Positions 58,994 through 64,000 of a stretch of 64,000 nt of DNA are shown in pieces. Within the stretch, counting starts at the first letter, position 1. The number at the start of each line of letters is the position of its first letter. Source of the DNA: a virus; the IMG/VR virus record IMGVR_UViG_3300044631_002183, positions 64,948 to 128,947 of that record; one strand, written 5' to 3'. The position numbers and the translations under genes are program-made. The notes beneath the pieces were generated by a model, which was given only the letters and a program-made list of their open reading frames with translations, ran no database searches and was not told the origin of the DNA.

Positions 58994-59067
58994 ATTTACG
59001 CCCGGAGAATATCCGATAAATAGGCACCTTTGATTAAAAATCTCAGGACCGGCGAAAAGTTTTTGAT

Positions 59068-59147
59068 GGTCCTATAGCTCAATATTTGGTTAGAGCGTTC
59101 TCTTTATAAGGGAGGGGTTGCGAGTTCAAGTCTCGCTGGGACCACCA
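59068..59147 (+). tRNA. tRNA-Ile(TAT)
   Basis: GGTCCTA/TGGGACC, loop TTTATAA, CCA end. Confidence 0.88.
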
Positions 59148-59166
59148 AAATTTTTAATATGTTCTT

Positions 59167-59829
59167 TTACAATTTCGAATTAATTATATTCACTATAATA
59201 TCTAAGTATTTTTGAGCCTTGTCTGGTTTAAAATAATTAAGACTAGATGTATCAATAATACATAATTCGATGCCTTGCTCTAAACAAGCTTGAAATTTGC
59301 GACGATCATTGTTTTGAGTTTGATTTAATTTATCTACTCCATAGATCGGTTCGTAATGGAAAATGCCATTAAGTTCAAAAGCAAGTTTTAATTTAGGAAT
59401 ATAAATATCTAGCTCAGAATTGATTGTATCTTTGCGATTAAAATGAAATTCTAAATCTGGGTATTTGGTTGGCAGCACTTGTTCAAAGTATATCTCTAAT
59501 TTAGATCTTCTGCATCCATGAGTTTTATGGGTATTATTATAAGTCGCAGCGCATGAAGAGGAGCAAAAAGATACAGGACTTTTAACTAATTGGCATCTCT
59601 TTTTTAAAAATATTTTATTACATTGTTTACATATCACTTCTTTTTTTTTATCTTGCGCTTTGCGGCTACAAGCATTAGAGCAAAAATGATTCTTGCAAGA
59701 GCGCAGTTTTAAATTAGATTTTATATATTTCTGCATTTTCTGAAAATTTTGTTGGCAATAGTCGCACTTGACAGGTATCATATCAGAATATTTAGAAGAT
59801 AACATTTGTTCTATTGAAATTAAAAGCAT
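59167..59829 (-). CDS. zinc-finger + PD-(D/E)XK/Vsr-like endonuclease (free-standing)
   Basis: CDYC, FCS..C, CKQC repeats; SKLE, ELDIYIP, AFELNGIFHY, D..K...C. Confidence 0.82.
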   Translation of the reverse strand: MLLISIEQMLSSKYSDMIPVKCDYCQQNFQKMQKYIKSNLKLRSCKNHFCSNACSRKAQDKKKEVICKQCNKIFLKKRCQLVKSPVSFCSSSCAATYNNTHKTHGCRRSKLEIYFEQVLPTKYPDLEFHFNRKDTINSELDIYIPKLKLAFELNGIFHYEPIYGVDKLNQTQNNDRRKFQACLEQGIELCIIDTSSLNYFKPDKAQKYLDIIVNIINSKL

Positions 59830-59924
59830 ATAATATAGTATACACTAGTAAACTCGAAAATTCAAATTCCAATTTTTTCCCTTGACAAATTTCAAGGCAG
59901 AGCCATATTGAAGTGTTCTTTAAT

Positions 59925-60006
59925 CCCGCTGTGGTGGAATGTATACACAACGCTCTTAAAAAGCGTCGCCTTTTGGATTGCGAGGTCGAACTCGCCAGCG
60001 GGACCA
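59925..60006 (+). tRNA. tRNA-Leu(TAA), atypical D and T loops
   Basis: CCCGCTG/CAGCGGG-A-CCA, loop CTTAAAA, long variable arm; TTGACA promoter at 59882. Confidence 0.82.
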
Positions 60007-60156
60007 CTTTTTGTTCTTTTACATTTTCTTTTCCAAGACGGCCCACCCGGCTTCCAAGAGCTAACCCATGATAACAGAAGCTTGGAGAATCTGTTACGGA
60101 CGGGGTTCTGAGGAAAAGTTACAGCTTAGGAGTCATGACTTAAGCTGTATAAATTT

Positions 60157-60241
60157 TACTAAGTAAGTGTCTTGATCAGACGTATGGTAAAGTGCCTGAA
60201 GAGGGCATGATGCGGGTTCAAGTCCCCTAACTTACTTAGTA
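60157..60241 (+). ncRNA. tRNA-like RNA with a long terminal stem
   Basis: 12 bp TACTAAGTAAGT/ACTTACTTAGTA, T arm GGG-TTCAAGT-CCC, TGGTAAA, no CCA. Confidence 0.6.
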
Positions 60242-60555
60242 TTTAATTTGCAGCAATGAGGGCAGTCGTCACTAAGACGTAGCTTGGGGTAACTGGAAAT
60301 ATCCGGTATATCAAGCAATTGAGCGACCTGATCTGCAAAAAACATACAGTGCGCCCAAGCGATCTTGTTTTGAGTCGCTTTACACTGAGTCAACAATGGG
60401 CAATGATTTTATTCGATGTCAGCAAGCTCACAAATGCTGAAGATATGTTAATTGCAATAAGATGTTTTTGGAGAGTGAGTGGGTTGATTTATACTAGTTT
60501 AGATCGTAATTATCTTTGTCGAATCCCTTAAACCAACATCGAATAATACTTTTTT

Positions 60556-61161
60556 ATGTCAAAAACAAACAACGTAAGAGTAGTAATCGCTCATTACAAT
60601 GAAGATGTTTCTTGGGTTAATAATCTACAGTTCCCGTTCCAAATAATATCTAAAAAAACAATACCCGAAAACACTGCCCCCAATAAAGGACATGAGGTTT
60701 CTTGTTACTTAGAATTTATAGTCAAAAATTATGATTCTTTGCCAGAAATTTGTGTCTTTTTGCATGGCCATAGATGTTCTTGGCATAATGTAGATGTTGA
60801 TAATTATTTGAATGACGAAGAGGTTTTCTCTTACGATTACTATAATATTAATTTAATTGCATCTCCTCGCAATGGAGAGTCTTTATGGGTTTTGCATGAA
60901 GAAGTTGTGCCTTTTCTTCAAAGAAACAAACATATAATCGAAAAAGAAATAAATCTTTCAATAAATCCATTAGATATCAAATATAGGCCAGCCAGTTGTT
61001 TTTATGTTAAGAAAGAAGCTGTATTGAAGCATGGCCTACAATCCTACAAAAATTGGCTAGAATGGATTATGACTACAGAAGAACCTTCTGGCATTTCAAG
61101 TAGAGTTTTTGAATATTGCTGGCATATAATATTTACAGGAAATCATATTGACAGATATTAA
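60556..61161 (+). CDS. DUF3431 family protein
   Basis: VIAHYNED.SW, NKGHE...YL.FI..NYD.LP, FLHGH, FEYCWHIIF. Confidence 0.8.
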   Translation: MSKTNNVRVVIAHYNEDVSWVNNLQFPFQIISKKTIPENTAPNKGHEVSCYLEFIVKNYDSLPEICVFLHGHRCSWHNVDVDNYLNDEEVFSYDYYNINLIASPRNGESLWVLHEEVVPFLQRNKHIIEKEINLSINPLDIKYRPASCFYVKKEAVLKHGLQSYKNWLEWIMTTEEPSGISSRVFEYCWHIIFTGNHIDRY

Positions 61162-61164
61162 TCT

Positions 61165-61374
61165 ATGAGATACAGACATACAGAAGATATAGTTTGGGGC
61201 GCAATATTTATTGCTATTATTGGTTTAGTTATTTATTCTTGGATCCTTATTGGAAAGAGGAATAATACCATAAAAGTAATAGATAACTGCCAATATATAC
61301 AGCAATACAATGGTCATGGATGGAATCTGACCCATAAAGGTAACTGCACCAATGCAGTGCATTATAAAAAATAA
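61165..61374 (+). CDS. small membrane-anchored phage protein
   Basis: TM helix then IDNCQY...THKGNC.N..H. Confidence 0.7.
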   Translation: MRYRHTEDIVWGAIFIAIIGLVIYSWILIGKRNNTIKVIDNCQYIQQYNGHGWNLTHKGNCTNAVHYKK

Positions 61375-61378
61375 AAAT

Positions 61379-61726
61379 ATGGGATATCTTACTACAATTA
61401 CTATTCATAATGATGCTTTGGGTACATTTAGAAAGTATCCTAAAGAATTCGCCGAAGCTTTGTTTGAGGGTATTGACGAAGCATATAGAAATCGTGGCGT
61501 TACTTCTGTTTCGTTTCATGGTTATGCAAACTACATAGAAGTCCAGCCATCTCGTCACGCTGATGATTTTACAGTTTATGTTCATGCAGGGAATGAAGTG
61601 ACTAATTTGAATAACTATGATGATAGTTTCAAGAAGTTTGCGAAATCTAATCCTGAACTAGCAGAATCTTATGTAGATCAAGCGATTGCTCATCTTAAGC
61701 GATTAAAGAAAGATATAAAGATATGA
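61379..61726 (+). CDS. hypothetical protein
   Basis: MGYLTTITIHNDAL, HADD; start refined to 61379. Confidence 0.65.
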   Translation: MGYLTTITIHNDALGTFRKYPKEFAEALFEGIDEAYRNRGVTSVSFHGYANYIEVQPSRHADDFTVYVHAGNEVTNLNNYDDSFKKFAKSNPELAESYVDQAIAHLKRLKKDIKI

Positions 61727-62091
61727 GTCGCGAATTCATCTATAGAATCTGGAGTATAAAGGAAAAAAAGCATATTATGACTGGCTCTCTCTACGGTGTA
61801 GAGGGAGTTGCTCATTTAACTGGATGCTTTAATCGCAACGAACATATCATTGAAGAATATACTGGTCTTGATGATGTAAATGGGAATAGAATATTTGAGA
61901 ATGACATCCTTTACTTTACTGCCAGATACAAACAAAAAGGTAATGTCCCTGTAATTTATTATGGCGGATCTTTTGGGTGCGTTGTTACCGATGATAGTGA
62001 TTTCAAAGAACTCTGGAATTTAAGTCACATCGTTCAGCAATATTATCCAAAAATAGTCGCTACTACTCATGACGATGCCCTCATTCCTTAA
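61723..62091 (+). CDS. YopX family protein
   Basis: REFIYRIW, EYTGL.D.NG..IFE.DI. Confidence 0.82.
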   Translation: MSREFIYRIWSIKEKKHIMTGSLYGVEGVAHLTGCFNRNEHIIEEYTGLDDVNGNRIFENDILYFTARYKQKGNVPVIYYGGSFGCVVTDDSDFKELWNLSHIVQQYYPKIVATTHDDALIP

Positions 62092-62230
62092 ATGGCTCAA
62101 ATGGTGGTTCTGGGAAACTCGCAGATGCGAGCATTCTTCGTTTGACGAATGCCATTCTGCGCTCTATGATGTAGGCAGGAGCAAGGGATGGTGGTGCAAA
62201 AAGTGCGGCAAATTATTATATAAAGTATGA
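62075..62230 (+). CDS. small zinc-ribbon-like protein (51 aa)
   Basis: Manual translation ...CEH...WWCKKCGK; ATGA overlap with the next gene. Confidence 0.55.
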   Translation: MPSFLKWLKWWFWETRRCEHSSFDECHSALYDVGRSKGWWCKKCGKLLYKV

Positions 62231-62592
62231 GAGAACTAAAATTTAGAATCTATTCTTTTGTTTCTAATTATTTTATTTACTTTGATGTGTACGAAGGAGT
62301 GCCTCAAGGTATCGCTGGCGGCGTAAGTGAGCCGCAAGAATATACAGGACTGAAAGACAAAGACGGCAAAGAAATTTATTGCGGCGACATAGTTGAACTA
62401 CATACAGCAGCAAATGATAAAGCCAAAGATGTCAAAGATAATCATTGTGGATTGTATGAAATATATTGGGACCGAAAATACAAACTAAAAGAAATAAAAT
62501 CAAATTGGTTCTTTAAAGTGATTGACAATGATTGTGCAAGTTTTAATATTATGAAAGTTGTCGGCAATGTATTCGAACATAAAGAAGTATGA
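62227..62592 (+). CDS. YopX family protein
   Basis: MRELKFR, QEYTGLKDKDGKEIY.GDIV, VVGNVFE. Confidence 0.88.
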   Translation: MRELKFRIYSFVSNYFIYFDVYEGVPQGIAGGVSEPQEYTGLKDKDGKEIYCGDIVELHTAANDKAKDVKDNHCGLYEIYWDRKYKLKEIKSNWFFKVIDNDCASFNIMKVVGNVFEHKEV

Positions 62593-63008
62593 GAGAACTA
62601 AAATTTAGAGTCTGGGATCTTGAAAAGAAATTTTATCTAAATCAAGATGACGAATTTCATTTTTACGAACCTGATCGTGGCTGGCAATGTCCTATACCAT
62701 TGTGCGAATGTTTAAGAGATAAAAAAAGATATGTTGTTCAGCAATATACTGGAGTGAGAGATGAGAATAACTATCTTATATTTGAGGGTGATATCATTAA
62801 AGAACATCATTTTGAAGATTGGGGCGATAAAATTGGATATGAGTATATTGGAATAGTTGTATATAAAGAGTATTCTGATGATATTTTATATGCTGGATAT
62901 AAAACAATACCCGCTAAAAATCAAAATACAAAGTTTAGAGGTAATGCAATTCAATCTGATTGCGAAGTGATTGGCAATATCTTTGAAAATCCAGAACTAT
63001 TAAAATAA
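62589..63008 (+). CDS. YopX family protein
   Basis: MRELKFRVWD, QQYTG, FEGDII, EVIGNIFENPELL. Confidence 0.9.
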   Translation: MRELKFRVWDLEKKFYLNQDDEFHFYEPDRGWQCPIPLCECLRDKKRYVVQQYTGVRDENNYLIFEGDIIKEHHFEDWGDKIGYEYIGIVVYKEYSDDILYAGYKTIPAKNQNTKFRGNAIQSDCEVIGNIFENPELLK

Positions 63009-63009
63009 T

Positions 63010-63435
63010 ATGAGAGAACTAAAATACCGAGTATATATACCAGAGTTTAGTAAATATGTATATTTTGGGCTTAATGACTTTGATTATTCTGATAGATATT
63101 TAACTAATGACAAATATCCAATCCAGCAGTATACTGGAATGAAAGATAAGTATGGTAAAGATATTTATGAAGGTGATGTTATTAGAGGAATATTTGATTT
63201 TGGCCCCGCAGGTTTCAAAGAAGAAATACTGCCTGTAGATTGGAATAATGAAAAAGGTTATCAATGGGATTATTGGAAGTTGGCAACTATTGAAATTCTT
63301 GGAAACTTGCACGAATGGCCTTGCCATAAGCCCAAAAGCTTCGACCACAACGGAGAGTGTTTGACTTGTGACGGTTGGGCTACAGATTGCCCATTTCTTA
63401 AATTTTGCCCTTCTCGTAAATTAACATTAAAATGA
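63010..63435 (+). CDS. YopX family protein with Cys-rich tail
   Basis: MRELKYR, QQYTGMKDKYGKDIYEGD, ILGNLHE, CLTCD. Confidence 0.88.
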   Translation: MRELKYRVYIPEFSKYVYFGLNDFDYSDRYLTNDKYPIQQYTGMKDKYGKDIYEGDVIRGIFDFGPAGFKEEILPVDWNNEKGYQWDYWKLATIEILGNLHEWPCHKPKSFDHNGECLTCDGWATDCPFLKFCPSRKLTLK

Positions 63436-63668
63436 AAATAAACATCATAAAAGACGAAAAAAATTTCAGATTTTTATTTATTGAACTGGACCTCCCAAGC
63501 ATAGGCAGAGTCAATAGATTCAATGAATGGACTGATCAATCCTTTTTTGGATTTAAAATGAGTTTTCCGACAGAAATTTATTATATAAATGACAAAGAAG
63601 GTTATTGGCATTTTACCTTGACTTTTCTGGGTTTTGGATTCAGACTGGTGAACCAACATGGGTATTGA
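63432..63668 (+). CDS. hypothetical protein
   Basis: ATGA-overlapped ORF. Confidence 0.55.
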   Translation: MKINIIKDEKNFRFLFIELDLPSIGRVNRFNEWTDQSFFGFKMSFPTEIYYINDKEGYWHFTLTFLGFGFRLVNQHGY

Positions 63669-63987
63669 CGCGATAAAAGCCCCAAGAACACACGCAGCTT
63701 GGGAAGAAGCTATGAAAGATGCAGTAGATTCGGCAGAACCGCTTAGATTCATGCTGAATCACTCATGCAAGCTTGAGTATGAGCTTAATGCAGTTATAGT
63801 CAATGAAGCAATTGCAGAAAATAAAGCATATATTCTTGAAAAAGAATTAGAAAAAGCAAATAATCGCATCAAGCGGCTGGAGGACTACGTTGAAACTCTT
63901 GAGGAGTGCGGAGATTCTTTATTCAACAGTCTAACGAGAGATGAAGCTCTGGAAAGATGGAAAAGAGCCAAGGAGGCCAAGCCGTGA
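63658..63987 (+). CDS. hypothetical coiled-coil protein
   Basis: PRT.A N-terminus, LEKELEKANNRIKRLE, W..AKEAKP end. Confidence 0.65.
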   Translation: MGIDAIKAPRTHAAWEEAMKDAVDSAEPLRFMLNHSCKLEYELNAVIVNEAIAENKAYILEKELEKANNRIKRLEDYVETLEECGDSLFNSLTRDEALERWKRAKEAKP

Positions 63988-64000
63988 CGCCTGTATCCAT

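Noticed and set aside
58999-59054. Pistol or theta ribozyme after tRNA(CAT)
   Set aside because: TAAATAG follows a hairpin, but the required pseudoknot and remaining helices could not be built by eye
59792-60531. ORFs 59792-60046, 59908-60111 and 60319-60531
   Set aside because: Overlap tRNA-Leu or stem-closed RNA units and show no protein motifs
1-64000. Stop-codon reassignment or bacterial chromosome origin
   Set aside because: Genes are full length under the standard code with TAA, TAG and TGA stops; fibre, YopX, homing nucleases and gene packing indicate a phage

Overview
AT-rich, densely coded 64 kb segment of a large dsDNA tailed phage (standard genetic code; no rRNA or CRISPR seen). 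Contents from left to right: a truncated RecA/UvsX-like gene; a ~14.4 kb nucleotide-sugar and glycosyltransferase cluster (Gmd, ColD-like dehydratase, Fcl/ColC-like reductase, HddA-like kinase, HldE-type nucleotidyltransferase, split TPP enzyme, B12 radical SAM, RmlC, several GTs); class II RNR; a phage sigma factor preceded by a ~450 nt highly structured non-coding leader; dUTPase, HNH, dNMP kinase and Hsp20; a tail-fibre module with a 2293 aa proline-poor Gly-Ser-Thr collagen-like protein; a second sugar cluster (HldE-type kinase, fused TPP enzyme, ADH, SDR, carbamoyltransferase, and an 1121 aa GT4 + FkbM + Aah/TibC-type heptosyltransferase fusion); lysis-like genes; ThyX and UvsE; a cluster of 7 tRNAs (one split by a group I intron with a PD-(D/E)XK endonuclease) interleaved with about 9 unannotated stem-closed small RNAs and boxA-like motifs; and four YopX paralogs. 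Best candidates for undescribed biology: (1) phage-encoded O-heptosylation/glycosylation of its own Ser-rich fibre, (2) the small structured RNA array in the tRNA operon, (3) the large structured RNA upstream of the sigma gene. All family assignments come from motif recognition by eye, not database searches.
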